Shown: positions 26,682 through 41,212, counted from the stretch's first letter. The stretch is DNA of 64,000 bases from Octopus vulgaris (GCA_951406725.2 OX597821.1:24614001-24678000); one strand, 5' to 3'. Program-made: numbers and translations. The notes: generated from the sequence alone by a model not told the origin.

Positions 26682-28650
26682 CTAAGACGTCACACAGTAT
26701 CCAATATCGTGATGTTGTTGATTGAAGAGATTATGTCTACCGAGGGTTTGTACTGTCTGTCAAATCACAACAAAGACCTCAGGCAGACAGTACTTTACGC
26801 AATATGCATGCTGTTGTAATACCGATTTTTTTGCAATATATCCAGATTGTAGGGTGTTTCTAATGTTTCCAGATGTTTCTTCCGATTGGGTGGTATTGAA
26901 CCCAATGCTCCGATGACAACAGGGACAACCTTTATTTTTGACTCTCGAAGCTTCCACATCTTGGCGATCTCAATTCTCAGGTCTCCATATTTACCATTCT
27001 CTTCTCTTTCTTTCATGATGATCTCCTGGCACTACCACATCGATTATTAGGCGCTCTTGTTTGTCCCTCCTAAAGATTACTATGTCCGGCCTTCAGTGCT
27101 CTAACACCTTGTCTATCTGAAAGTCAAAGTCCCTGACGATTTTTGCCTTCCCCTTTTCGTCCATTACCTTTTCCGGTGTACGTTGATACCAAGCACCTGT
27201 TACCTCATATCCATGCTTCCCGCATATTTGTCAGTGAAGGGTTTTGGCAACCTTGTTGTGTCTGTGCTTGTACTCTTTCTGCGCAAGACTTTCACAAGCA
27301 CGAACAATGTGAGTCACGATTTCAACCCTCTTCCCACACATTCTGCAGAGGTTCGTTGCATTTGTGTGGTATATATCCTTTATCACTGAGTTGGTGTTCA
27401 ATACCTGATCCTGGCCAGCGATAATTAGGTGTCCAGTCTTCTTTTTTGCTTAGCCACCTCAATGATGCTTCCTGGTCTTTTGATTTGTTAGTTTTACGGT
27501 GGAACTGACCGTGTAATTCCATGCGGAGTAAAGTTTCTTCTCTCTCGCTGGCTTCAAATATGCAATGATGACCTGATCTTTCATGTCTCTGTGCAAGATA
27601 TTGTCCTGCTCCAGGATCCCAAGGTACTTGTACCTATCATCATTCGGGTCTTCCATTCGTTCTCCGTTTGGCAATTCTATGCCCCTACAATCTCCTCTTT
27701 TTGCCCGTTTTAAAGTGAGCACCACACACTTCGAGATACTGAATTTCATCCCTATATCCTTGCTGCATATCTGCAGTCTCAACCAGCCTCTACATTTCAG
27801 ACTCTGTTTTCGCGAACAGCTTTAAGTCATCCATGAATTGAAGGTGGTTGAGACGAGGTCCATTCTTTCATAGCTCATAGCGTGTGTTGATTTTGCGTAG
27901 GACTACAGAAAGTGGGATCAATGCTATAACAAATACCAAAGGTGGACAAGAATCTCCCCGGAAGATACCACTTTTGATTGTTACCTTGGCTAAATGCTGG
28001 TTGTTACAGAAAACACGTGGTTTCCAACTAGGCATACTGTTCTTAATCAGAGCACACACGTTCTCAGCTATTCCACACATGTCGACTGTTTCCAGAATCC
28101 ACGAATGCGATAACATGTAAGTTTTTTTTTAAGTCTACCCAAGCCATGCCTAAGTTTTTTTGGTACCGTTTGCAGTTCTTCATTACAACCTTCTCTACCA
28201 CAAGGTAGTCCTTGGTGCCCTGGATCCTAGAAGTAGATTGTTTTCCGCAAGGAACGTATATATTTTACCTGCGAGTATGCCAGTTAACACTTTCCATAAG
28301 AGGTTAAGACAAGCATTGGGTCGGTAATTGCCAACCTCATTGACCTTTGACCGATCTATCCTCAACAATGTTATCTTTCCCTCTTCAATCCATTCCGAAA
28401 CGCCACCACTCTGTAGGCAATTGTCTAATTGCAACGCAATTCACTTGTGTGTTGACCTAAATCAGTTAAACCAGTAGCCTGTCGTGGTAACTCCGGACCA
28501 TGGAGTTCGGATCTCACAGAATAAATCCACTCAGTATTGTGGTTGTGGGTAACTTCTTGCCCACCAGATATTATTCCAAAATTGGCGAGTTTCCCCTGCT
28601 TCAGAAGATATATTATCTTTTGTATCTCCTAAGCTCTTAAAAAACTTACC
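26682..28650 (-). mobile_element. older R4/Dong-clade element (RT and REL), decayed
   Basis: NYRPNACLNLLWKVLTG, GIFRGDS.PPLVF, LNHLQFMDDLKLF, YKYLGILE, KYGDLRIEI...VPVVIGALG. Confidence 0.85.
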
Positions 28651-28750
28651 TTCTTTTGTCATTATTATAGGGCCTCGGATGCTTTAGAGTTAATTTAGGT
28701 CTTATTTCAGCATAAGCGGTGCTGGCCATCACCCTCCGTCACTTTTGTGA

Positions 28751-28810
<60 letters not shown>

Positions 28811-29027
28811 CACTACACATCTATGTGTGTTTATATATCTATATATGTGGGTGTGAGTGGGTGTGCGTGTGGGTGTGTATGTGTGTATTCTTTAATTCTA
28901 TAGAATACAATTTCCAAATTTCATAAAGATCACACAAAAAGATTGATTGATAGATACAAGTGAGTGGGCAAACAAAAATATGAGACACTGCCTAGTGTTT
29001 TTTTATATTTTGATAAGCTTGGTACTT

Positions 29028-29099
<72 letters not shown>

Positions 29100-29187
29100 T
29101 GTATGTATGTATGTGTATATATATTGACACATATATATGTCATATATGACACATGTATATATAATTGACACATATATATATATATGT

Positions 29188-29824
<637 letters not shown>

Positions 29825-29841
29825 ATATGTGCATATTCATA

Positions 29842-30478
29842 TCTATTATATAAAAGTCAATGCCTTTATGTGTGTTCGTGTGTTACTTATACATTCGAAA
29901 ACTATTGCACCGAACCTAATGAAATTTGGAACACAAAATCCAAGCCTAGGGGGAAGGGTAGTGCTGTGTGTTTCATACAATTTCATGGACCAAAATTACT
30001 AAATGGATCCTTATGATATTTGGAACTTAGATTCAATGCGGGTATAATGCAATAGGTTTGGTTTGAATTCCAGATGGCTTAAAGGGGGCAGAACCCCCCA
30101 TGAAAATTCATAAATTTTCGATGTTGATGAAATTTCAACCATGGGTAATTGACACACATCAAGAAGTATTCTCAAAGTTACCACTTCACATGAGGATTCT
30201 GAGACACCCTAATGGGAGCCTTAACTCCCAAATTTTAGTAATTTTTTAATAATCCAACACTAGGTCAAAAGTACTGAATGGATCTTTATGAAATTTGGAA
30301 ATTGTATTCTATGCATAAGGGCCATAACTCCCTTGAAAATTCATATATTTTTGCTGTTGATGAAATTTTAACCATAGATATTAGACACAAATGAAGTAAT
30401 ATTTCTAAAATTTCATCTCCTTAAAAATTAAAAAGACCCCTTTATGGGAACTTAACACACACAATTTAGTCATTTTAT
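29842..30478 (+). mobile_element. Helitron-like element with internal ~275-bp tandem duplication
   Basis: Start A|TCTATTATATAAAAG. The segment atggatc.ttatga.atttggaa...gaaaattcata...gttgatgaaattt.aaccat occurs at about 30003 and 30278. Confidence 0.5.
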
Positions 30479-31044
30479 CAAAGCAAAGACGAATACAGTT
30501 GTACTCTTTGAAGCTGTAGGGTCATCCGAGCATAACAGATGAGCATTATTTGTAATTCAATGGTACAACAGTGTAAGAGTTTGCTTTGACATACACTTAG
30601 ATTGTGATTTCTGCAATGTGGTGCATAAATTGTCAGGTAAATGAGAGGCACCTTTGCCTCCACTGATTCAGTTGCAAAGTGTTGAGTAAAGTTATTTAGT
30701 TGCAGACCTCCTTTGAGTCTTTTTATCACTAGGTCACACATAGTACCCAGATGGTAACATTGATTTCAAGGCCTTCCCAGATGAGTGAGTGGTTATTCAA
30801 AAACATTTATAGATTGTAAATTTATTCTCTAAATTATTAGGGTCCACGGAATTGGTTTTTGAATGCTCGGATTTATGAGGTGATTAGCGGTACCTACTAT
30901 TTATTATGCTAATCCCCTATTTGCTCATGTAACTACAGCTGAGTTTTAAATTTTGCCGGTAAAATGATTTGGATTCTTGTGTTCCATAGGGAAATGTTTC
31001 AAAACCGATTCTGCCTCTCTGGGTTACTTATGTCTGTCTGTTTG

Positions 31045-31087
<43 letters not shown>

Positions 31088-31479
31088 CCCATTTTCTATC
31101 TCTCACTTTTTATCTCTACCGTACTCTGTCTCTCTTTACTACCATGCTCTCTCTCTCTCTCTCCCTCTCTTTTCTTTCTTGGACTCTTTTCTTGTGCCCA
31201 GTCTCTCGGGCTCTTCCTTTCTCTCTCTCTCTTTCTTTTCCTTTCCCTCTTCTTCTTCTATACACTAATTAACGTCTACCTTTAATTGCCTGAGTCCTGT
31301 TATGTGTTGTAGAGATTATTTTTTAAAATTTTTGCTTCGTTTCATATATTCAAGAAGAAAAATAATTTGACCGAGTCAAACAGGATGTCTAAGATGATTG
31401 ATAACTCACATTAGCAATATTGTTTTCCTATTCAGGCATTAAATTTACAGAATCTATTACTAATAATGCAGTACAGATG

Positions 31480-31886
31480 AGCCAAAAGCATCGGGCTTCG
31501 GTAATGTAATAGTGTTGGTAGCTAGTCCTATGATTTTGCTAATAGGTTTTAGTCGCAAACAGACATAGATGCCCTCACAGTCCTCCCACCTTTAATCAGT
31601 GGAACTTGGGCATGGAATAGCTGGAAGAAGAGAGGGTCGTATCTGCACCCGACTAGCACTCATTCAACTGATTAAACAAAATAAAATGTCTTTGTTAAGG
31701 ACTCAGGGCCGCTTGGTAATGGAATCGAACCTTATGAATGTGAAGCCGACACTAGATCAAGCACTTTCACATGGTATCATAAATACTGTAACGTGAACTT
31801 CAGAAAATTTATACATTCAGTCTAATGTATAATTTTTTATTGTGTAAATATATTTATGTACAATAAAAAGACAGCGATTTATATAT
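31480..31886 (+). repeat. 407-bp inverted duplication, copy downstream of gcm
   Basis: Reverse complement of 37441-37847 with 3 mismatches by manual alignment. Confidence 0.95.
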
Positions 31887-32173
31887 TTAAAGCAAAACAT
31901 ATTTTTGAGAAGACATGCAAATAATTATTTTATTTCACCGAACAAATTAATCGGGCATTTCTTTCTTTCTTTTTTTTTTTCCTCTTCTTTTCTTAGTGCT
32001 GACAAATCGATCGTATATGTCCCCAGTGACCGATTGGTACTTTTATTGACATCGAAAAGATGAAAGACAAAGTTGACCTCGGAGGCATTTTAACTCAAGA
32101 CGACCGAAATGCAACCGCTAAACATCATGTTCGGCGTTCATACGATTGTACCAGATGCCACCTTCAACAACAA

Positions 32174-32210
<37 letters not shown>

Positions 32211-32414
32211 AATAATAATAGTAACACGTTTTATATTCATAAAGTGTTTTGTATTGGACAAAATTGTGAGATCAATATCAGGAATACAATAAAATAAACA
32301 TAAATATAAATGCATATATAATATACGTAGATATCATATATATATAACATATAAATATCTTAAATATTTATAAATATTTCTTGCGTCACTATGCAATGAA
32401 TGACTTTGTGCACC

Positions 32415-32604
<190 letters not shown>

Positions 32605-33128
32605 TATCGATATGAATATATAAATATAATAAATAATTATGTTAATATATAAAAATAAATATAGATAATAAATAATAGATAAAGTATAGTATTGAAATCA
32701 CAGTGTAATAATCAAAGAAGACGAACAAAATTGTCAAAACGAAAGTGAGTTCTTTGATAAGTCATAAATTATTCGTTTTGACCAGGAATGGTGAATGTTT
32801 GGCAGTGGAAGTAATCTTCGTATAAGGCACTGAAGTGGTTTTGAATCTGTTTCGGGGTATTTTTTGATTGGAAGCGAAATTTTTCAGAATACACACCAAG
32901 CACGTGTCCACACACACACACACACACACACACAGAGGCTTGTGTGTGTGTATGTGTGTGTATATGTGTGTATGTGCGTTCGTGTGCGTGTGAGTATGCA
33001 TACGTGTATGTATGGGTAGATGGATGGATGGATGGATGGATGGCTAGCTGGATGGATGGATGAATTGATGGATGATTGTATGTATGAAATTTGCGCGCGA
33101 AAATGACTTCTGAAGGGCTTTCACACAC

Positions 33129-33163
<35 letters not shown>

Positions 33164-33413
33164 CATACAAACACACTCACACACACATATATGTGTGTGT
33201 CCTTGTCTGTGTATGCATGAATGTATATATGTTAGTAGGTGGGTAGGTAGGTAGGTATAGATGTAGTTATTATAGATTCATTTCAGCCAGCCTTACCTAT
33301 AGGTAGGAGTAAACCTAAGATTTAGGAGTAGACCTTATCCCAACGCTCATCAGAAAAGCTGGTGTGATGGGTAATGTGATTGCTATGACACTGATTTGTT
33401 CTGATTCTTACAC

Positions 33414-33500
<87 letters not shown>

Positions 33501-33577
33501 CATATATTCATATATTATAAATGTGCGTGTCTGTGTGTGTGTGTGTTTGTGTGTGTTTGTGTGTGTTTGTGTGAGTG

Positions 33578-33688
<111 letters not shown>

Positions 33689-35131
33689 TGGACTGCGTAA
33701 TATGGGTGTATGTCAAAGTGAACAGCATGTCACAAACTTTGTCTCAGAGTATTCTGAAAAAACACGATCTTCTAGTCTCTCCGCAAATTAAAAAACAAAA
33801 AAAAAAACATTATGGAAGTTTCAATTGAAATGATTGTTATTTTTGCTGTAACATATCAAAATTCTTAAATTACCGTTGTGTATATAATACAACCCTTTGC
33901 CAATATTTAAATTATCTTACAACTTTCCATATTGTATTAATTATAGTTCAAAATATTAAATACAAATTGACACAACATAATCTTAAAAGAAAAAAAAAAC
34001 AAATAATAACAACATTCCCATTTAGGGTAAAGATTTATCACAAATGTTAGAGCAACAGTCTTTTGCGGTTGATAAATATTGGTCTCCTTGAAGAAGGTGA
34101 AAGGTCAGATTTTTGACGGATTGATAGTGACAAGTCATTTATTTTATGGAATCCTAGAGGAATGAATAGCAAGCCTGTACCAGGCAGGATTCGAAATCAG
34201 AACATTAAGAGCTGAAAGTTATTGTATTTACATGGATACTATAATGTTTCTGCAAGCCCTTCGTCCTATTTTCTGTTATAAATTTTGACGGATATTTTAT
34301 ATATGTATCTATTGCACAGTCTTTGATGGTGAGTCTCTCTCACCTCTCTTCAGAAAGTTTCCATTTAGATGTGATCTCACCACTGCTTTTATAAGCAACA
34401 CTTAAAATGGTGGCTAACTAAAAAAAAAAAACGTGTACGTTACTTAAAACTGTGGATGTCTAACAGAATGATGAAGGTGAAATATTGAGGTGAATTTCAA
34501 CCATAGTATCGGATGTGAAAAAAAATAAATGAAGAACGGTAGATTTTTACAAGGCAGCATTAATAGGAATTCAATAAAAACTGTATCAAAATAATTTAAT
34601 AGTGTTTTCTGGGGCACTTGACCAATGTATACTAGGGAATGAATGGATATTGTCAATAGATGAGACAAACTGCGTAATTTAAATCTGAGGATTATATTAC
34701 GAGCTTAGAAGAATGAAAAGCAGAGTCCTCGACAGAATTTTAGCTAAAAAAATATGGCAAGCGAAAGTGAATACTATAAAATCTTTAGTGTGGTGCTTTC
34801 GTGACTCAGCCTGCTCTTCACTGATCGTATCGACATGAAAGCAGAAATAAATGAATGTGTATGACGTTAGTATTGTTTTAAATGATAGTGTTGTAAGCGG
34901 CGTGAACAGACTTCAACCAGGAAATGAAACCAGTTTGCTTGCTCGACAGGAAATTACTTCCTAAATTATGACGTTGTTCTCGATAATTTATTGTAAAATA
35001 TATTCAAATCTAAATTTGAAAAATAAATATATATTATCTTTTCCTTTTAAAGGAAATAATTTTGTTCAACGTCCATAAGCATATGAAAGTATAAAGATTA
35101 TAAACACCATATAATACCCTCTTGTGTGTCT

Positions 35132-36480
35132 CTAACTGTACGTAAGGGTTATATTAATGCTGTGGTTACACAAATTTTGTTTCATAGAATTACAACCGTT
35201 GGCTGTTGAAGACGCTGATTGGTCACCATAGACAGGAATTAAATTCCCGTCATAATCACAATTTTGCATGCAGGGGATCTGCATTTCGGTGCGAGGACCT
35301 TTACTTGAGTTGCTAGGGTGTAAGGGGTCGAATGTCAAGGAATCTCTATCAAACGACGATGGTGCGGGTGTAATAGGTTCCTGAAAGCGAAGCCAGTGGT
35401 AATCTGATTTTCGATTGTCATGTTTGTCAGCTTCGCCGGTCAGGTTTGGATCGGTGTCTGTCAGACTTTTGGAGAAGTTTGAAGTGGATTTCAGTTCGAG
35501 AAAACATGGAGATATCGAAGCAGAAGAACGATCTGGTACGCTGGAAAGTCTTGTTTTCGAGGGATAACTGTCTAAAATAGTTGGACACGGTTTTACATCA
35601 TCATGCAGGTCCATTTTGATTGGCTCCCTTAAAGAACTATGTTTAGGTGGGTAAGAGCAACACATGTCGGCCATGCCTCGGGTTGCTGAGGGCATCTGAG
35701 AAGGTCTTGTTTCATGCTCAGGAAGCCATGAAGCAGATTCCCTATAAGACCCTTGTCTGGACGGGTAGTCTCTATTTTCAGCCGGTTTTCCACAAGATAT
35801 ATTACCGCTTCCATGTTCCCATCCAAACTCGGGGTTGGGACTATTACGTGGATGGCGGTTTGACCAACTTCCATTCAAATTGAAGTTATCTGAAGGGGCT
35901 CGATGTTGCTGTGGTGTGCTGTATGTATCATAGGGAAGACTGGGCAAACCAGAATATATTGTACTGTAGGTAACTTGTCTGTTGCGGTAAAACATCGAAT
36001 CCTGCTGTTTACCTGGTGTATAAACACTTCTGTCAAAATGGCTTTCATATTCACACTGAGACCGTCGTTTTGTAATAGTCCACTCTTCAACTGGTATCTT
36101 GTCACATGACTCTAGCTCGAACGTGCGGTTTATATTCGTGTGTCCAACACTTCGACTTAATGAAGTCAGCGGTGACCTGAGCGGAGACTGACCGAGTTTA
36201 AGGCGAGGTTGCATAGGGTACACAGCAGGAAGTTGCTTTGTTTCACAGATATCCGGTCTATTTGTTGGCGAAATACGACAGTCATTAACCATATTGTTTT
36301 GATGATATGAAGGCATAGCTTCGGGGTTTGATGGCAAGAATGAGTTCTGGATATAACTATCATTGTTATCCACAGTTCCAGACATCCAAGTTGGAAAAGG
36401 CCCGGATGGAACGCTATTTGCACTGCTTGTACGCTGAGAACACGTGCATTCGAATGGTGGACAGGAACATAACACTGAAT
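35132..36480 (-). CDS. gcm: gcm terminal coding exon: CSCPPFECTC motif then long S/P/N-rich putative transactivation region
   Basis: 460-aa non-repetitive ORF 35132..36514. Acceptor tttttcAG at 36482-36481 in phase 1 gives N-S-V-L-C...; stop TAG at 35134-35132. Confidence 0.88.
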
Positions 36481-37074
36481 CTGAAAAATACACAAATAAA
36501 ACATTGTCAATCATCAGTTGTTATAATTAATTTAGTAAATATATTTATTGTTCCGTTTCTTTTCCTCCTCCTCCTCCTCCTCCTCCTCCTCCTACTACTA
36601 CTACTACTACTACTACAACTATTACAACAACAACAACTACTACTACTACTACTACTATTACTAACAACAACAACAACAACAACAATAATAATAATAATAG
36701 ATGATGATGATGATGATGATGATGACACACGACTTCTTTTGGCATTGATAGGAAATCTGACTGCCAAAGAACGGTGGCCGGCAATTTCCACGGTGAGCTC
36801 GGTGACATACTTATTTGTCCCTCCTGCCACAAATCAGTAATGCTCCCACACTAAAAAGATTGAGTGCAATACGGTTTCGTTGCTCTGCGCACATCTCAAA
36901 TAGAGCGAGCCGATTGCACTTCCGTGTTTGTGGAGTTTACTTTGAATCAGTAGTACCCCCCCCCCACCTCAGTAGCACTGCCAGGCCAGGGATTTCTATA
37001 AATTTTCCATATTCCCCGGAACAGACTACCCTGTTGAGATTCGTCGACGCCTAGTGTTTCCTTGAGAATATCTG

Positions 37075-37290
37075 TTTCTTTATTACCCACAAGGGGCTAA
37101 ACATAGAGGGGACAAACAAGGACAGACAAACGGATTAAGTCGATTACATCGATCCCCAGTGCGTAACTGGTACTTATTTAATCGACCCCGAAAGGATGAA
37201 AGGCAAAGTCGACCTCGGCGGAATTTGAACTCAGAACGCAACGGCAGACGAAATACGGCTACGCATTTCGCCCGGCATGCTAACGATTCT
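37075..37290 (-). mobile_element. SINE family B in the last gcm intron
   Basis: Near-identical reverse complement of 11800-12018. Confidence 0.85.
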
Positions 37291-37440
37291 ACATTGCTAC
37301 AAGTTCTCTGTGGGTCAGCTTTGCCTTTTCTCTATTCAAGACCGGTAGAGTAAAGTACCAGTCGCATTGCTGGTTTTGTGCCTAAATCAGAAACCATTGT
37401 TTTTTTTTATTTCCTCTGCCTTTGTGTCAACAGTTTAGTT

Positions 37441-37847
37441 ATATATAAATCGCTGTCTTTTTATTGTACATAAATATATTTACACAATAAAAAATTATAC
37501 ATTAGACTGAATGTATAAATTTTCTGAAGTTCACGTTACAGTATTTATCATACCATGTGAAAGTGCTTGATCTAGTGTCGGCTTCACATTCATAAGGTTC
37601 GATTCCATTACCAAGCGGCCCTGAGTCCTTAACAAAGACATTTTATTTTGTTTAATCAGTTGAATGAGTACTAGTCGGGTGCAGATACGACCCTCTCTTC
37701 TTCCAGCTATTCCATGCCCAAGTTCCACTGATTAAAGGTGGGAGGACTGTGAGGGCATTTATGTCTGTTTGCGACTAAAACCTATTAGCAAAATCATAGG
37801 ACTAGCTACCAACACTATTACATTACCGAAGCCCGATGCTTTTGGCT
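37441..37847 (-). repeat. 407-bp inverted duplication, copy in the last gcm intron
   Basis: Reverse complement of 31480-31886; begins 46 nt into the intron after the exon-4 donor. Confidence 0.95.
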
Positions 37848-37893
37848 AAACATGACTTAACACTAACATCGTGTGTTTTCAAATCATACTCAC

Positions 37894-37975
37894 TAGTTTG
37901 TGAAACTTTATGTCTCTTGGTCGGTCTTTCTGCGCTGGTCTGACGTCCTCGTCTTTTACCACGATAACCACGAGC
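37894..37975 (-). CDS. gcm: gcm coding exon 4, basic / bipartite-NLS-like exon (ARGYRGKRRGRQTSAERPTKRHKVSQT)
   Basis: Not in the ORF track. Acceptor aacAG at 37977-37976, donor A|GTGAGT at 37893. Its 82 nt (phase 0 to 1) supply exactly the phase change needed to join exon 3 to the terminal exon. Confidence 0.85.
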
Positions 37976-38543
37976 CTGTTATGAACAAACAATAACAAAC
38001 GATATTAGATAATGTGACGAAAATCACCAAAGTCGGAGGAACTCAATGAGAGTCTGGTGGCAATGTTAGAATACTCAGTTTCATTAAATTCACAAAATGG
38101 AATTATTTTGTTAGAGTCCTTCACCACCGCCGAAGACAGATTCTAAGTGATGATAGGCTAAGGTGGTGGTGGTGGTGGTTGGTGATGATAGTGGTATATA
38201 TATTTAAAATGACGGTAAATATAGAAACATGTAAAACAAGAAAGAGAGAGAGTGTGTGTCACAGTTATACATATACTGTATGTGTGTGTGTGTGGATGGG
38301 TGTTTGGGTGGGTCTGTGCGCGCGTGTATGAGAGAGAGAGGGGGAGAGAAGAAGAAAACCGAATGAAAGATAATGTAAGAGGGAGAGAGAGAGGGGGAAA
38401 GAAGAAAACTGATTGAAAGATAGTGAGAGAGAGAGAGGGAGACATGTACAGTGATGCAAAAACAGAAACAGACAGACAGACAGATAGATAGATAGATAGA
38501 CAGATTCATACAAACACAGAAAGACAGACAGACAGACAGACAA

Positions 38544-38625
<82 letters not shown>

Positions 38626-38888
38626 GGAGGGGGAGAAAGAGAGAGAGAAAGATTGTCGATCACCAAATCAGAACTGCACAATGACAAACTTTAAAAGAAT
38701 TTACTATTAAATGGTATAAAACAAGAGGCTTAACAACAACATATATTTAACAGACGACCAGCAAGACTTACAAAATCCGAGAATAATTCTGTTTTTGGTT
38801 GGATCAAAGTCCAGGGGAAGTAGACTCACACTAGTAAGAATAAGCTCAACCAGAAAAGTATCAAACATTTGAACAGAGAATAACGTAC

Positions 38889-39103
38889 CTGAAGCCGTTT
38901 TTGCTGTTTACAGTTCTGTTGTTGGCGGCGGGCTTCGGCTGATGATTTTATTTCCGGTCTAGGGTGATCATGGACGCCTTTTGCTTGGAAATAGATGGCG
39001 CTATTGAGATGTCTCCAGAAATGTGTCACTGGATAGCCACAATGACCTCGACATGATAAGAGTTCAAGATGACCACCACATTTAGAATTTGGACAAGGTT
39101 TAC
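38889..39103 (-). CDS. gcm: gcm coding exon 3, GCM domain C-terminal zinc-binding part
   Basis: Encodes (G)[59 protein letters not shown]...KRLQ. Acceptor ttttcAG, donor CAG|GTACGT; 215 nt, phase 1 to 0. Confidence 0.96.
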
Positions 39104-39234
39104 CTGAAAATATTTAAAGAAAATGTTATTGTAATAGGTGAGGAACTCTTCTTTTTTCTTTTCTCTTTCTCACTTTCGCGTCTATGTACGTGTGTGTGTG
39201 TATCCGTGTGACTAAGTATATGTGCATGTACATA

Positions 39235-39267
<33 letters not shown>

Positions 39268-39329
39268 AACACACACTCACATATATTTGTGCACACTCAC
39301 AAACACATAATATATATGTATGCATGTAT

Positions 39330-39367
<38 letters not shown>

Positions 39368-39446
39368 TTAACTGTCCATCTATCCTGCCAGCCATTCAAC
39401 CATCTATCTATCTATCTATCTATCTAGCCATCTATCTATTTATCTA

Positions 39447-39483
<37 letters not shown>

Positions 39484-39484
39484 G

Positions 39485-39566
<82 letters not shown>

Positions 39567-39648
39567 ACGGCGTTGTATCAGCATGGCCGCAGCTCTGAGC
39601 TGAAACTAGAGAGAGAAAAAGAAAATCTGTTTGTCTGTCTATCTGTTC

Positions 39649-39706
<58 letters not shown>

Positions 39707-39902
39707 ATATATCTATCTATCTATCTATCTTAATATAGGCATAGTGCAACTCTTATATTCGAAGTCGGTGATTTCTGCAACTAATTTTAAACTATATTTC
39801 AAATAACAAGATAAACAAGACGTGTATTATGGGGCATACTTTCTAGAAAACACAAACATTCTAAAACGAAGAAAATTACTAAACATCTTTCATTTTACTC
39901 AC

Positions 39903-40155
39903 CAATTTGCTTCCTCCTGGCTTTATCACATATAGCAGGACGTAAATGTACTTTATTTCCCGAATCATTAAGTGAACAGTCGAGACTGCACACGAGAACG
40001 CCGAGGCAGGACTTTTTCAAAATATGAACATTATGATTGTTAGTATTACGCATTGCCCAACCGCTGGCATGACGTCTAGCTTCCTCTAGCTCTGTTCCGT
40101 AAACAAACCGGCTGTGGCCGTTCGGCCATTCTTCAAAAATATCGAATTGAGCAAC
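39903..40155 (-). CDS. gcm: gcm coding exon 2, GCM DNA-binding domain N-terminal part
   Basis: Encodes [20 protein letters not shown]...[30 protein letters not shown]...[14 protein letters not shown], diagnostic GCM motifs. Acceptor ttccAG, donor G|GTGAGT; 253 nt, phase 0 to 1. Confidence 0.97.
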
Positions 40156-40497
40156 CTGGAAAGGAATGTAAACCATTTGTATAATTTATCTATTAAGTGT
40201 GGATAGAGATAGAAATAAGACAACAAGAATGGAAAAATTTATAATAATTAAAAAACTGGTTAGGTTCTAGCTAAAATAAAATTATTTATATTTTATCTCT
40301 TGCTTCTTTCAGTCCTTAGACTGCGGCCATGCTGGGGTACCGCCCTGAACAATCATAGTCAAACGAAACGACCCAGTACTTATTTTTTAAAGCCTGCTAA
40401 TTATTCTATCGGTCTATTTCCCCGACTCGCTAGGTTACGGAGACGTAACCACACCCACACCGGTTGTCAAGCGGTAGAGAGGAGCAAACAGACAGAA

Positions 40498-40588
<91 letters not shown>

Positions 40589-40589
40589 G

Positions 40590-40990
40590 AGTGAGAGAGC
40601 AATTCATGCCATCAAAGTGACACTGGGGTAAAATATACGAAGCCCAGTATAGCCATCATGACTACCCGTTTGATAAGGGTACACCAGGCACATGCATCAC
40701 AACCATATGTGCGCGACATGATGATCTCATATCAAGGTAAACAGCGCATGACCTTGCAGGTGGGGCCCAGTTAAAATTTTCTTCAGGTCGAGTAGCCCAT
40801 CCCGCTCAAAAGGTCCCTGAATAAGGGTTGTTTAAGGATGTTGAAAGAACCACCCATGTTTCCAGAGGTGAATTATTCAAACCCCAAAGAATCCCTCTCA
40901 ATACATGGCTATGATGCTCCCCCACTACTTCTGCTCGTGATCAAAGATGCACATATCGTCAGCCACTAAGGGACATGCTCAACTGGTTAA
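40590..40990 (-). mobile_element. retroposon 3' fragment ending in an (ATA)n tail, inside a gcm intron
   Basis: Unique-looking 400-bp block bounded by (TAT)n tracts on both sides; non-coding. Confidence 0.45.
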
Positions 40991-41212
40991 GTATTATTAT
41001 TGTCATTATTATTATTATTTGACGAAAGCAAACTTGGTTGTTAAATTACTTAAAGATCGAACGATAGCGTTGAAGTTTCCTTCGTTGTGTTTCTGTGTCT
41101 GTATCGAGCCTCTGTGGCTAAGAGTAATGAGATGCGCAAAGATGGAGAAAAAAAAGAGAAAGATGTTAGCAATTACAAGGGAACTAATTGAGACAGAGAG
41201 TGCGACACCTAC

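Noticed and set aside
31599-31796. 65-aa ORF MELGHGIAGRR... present twice (also 37531-37728)
   Set aside because: It is a by-product of the inverted duplication, starts at GTG, has no recognisable domain and overlaps decayed SINE-like sequence.
35629-36840. Several overlapping ORFs in other frames or antisense to the gcm terminal exon
   Set aside because: Shadow ORFs of the real exon or of the adjacent trinucleotide repeat.
41015-41212. Hydrophobic extension of ORF 41015..41374 resembling a transmembrane segment
   Set aside because: It lies beyond the GTAGGT donor at the conserved GCM intron position, so it is intronic.
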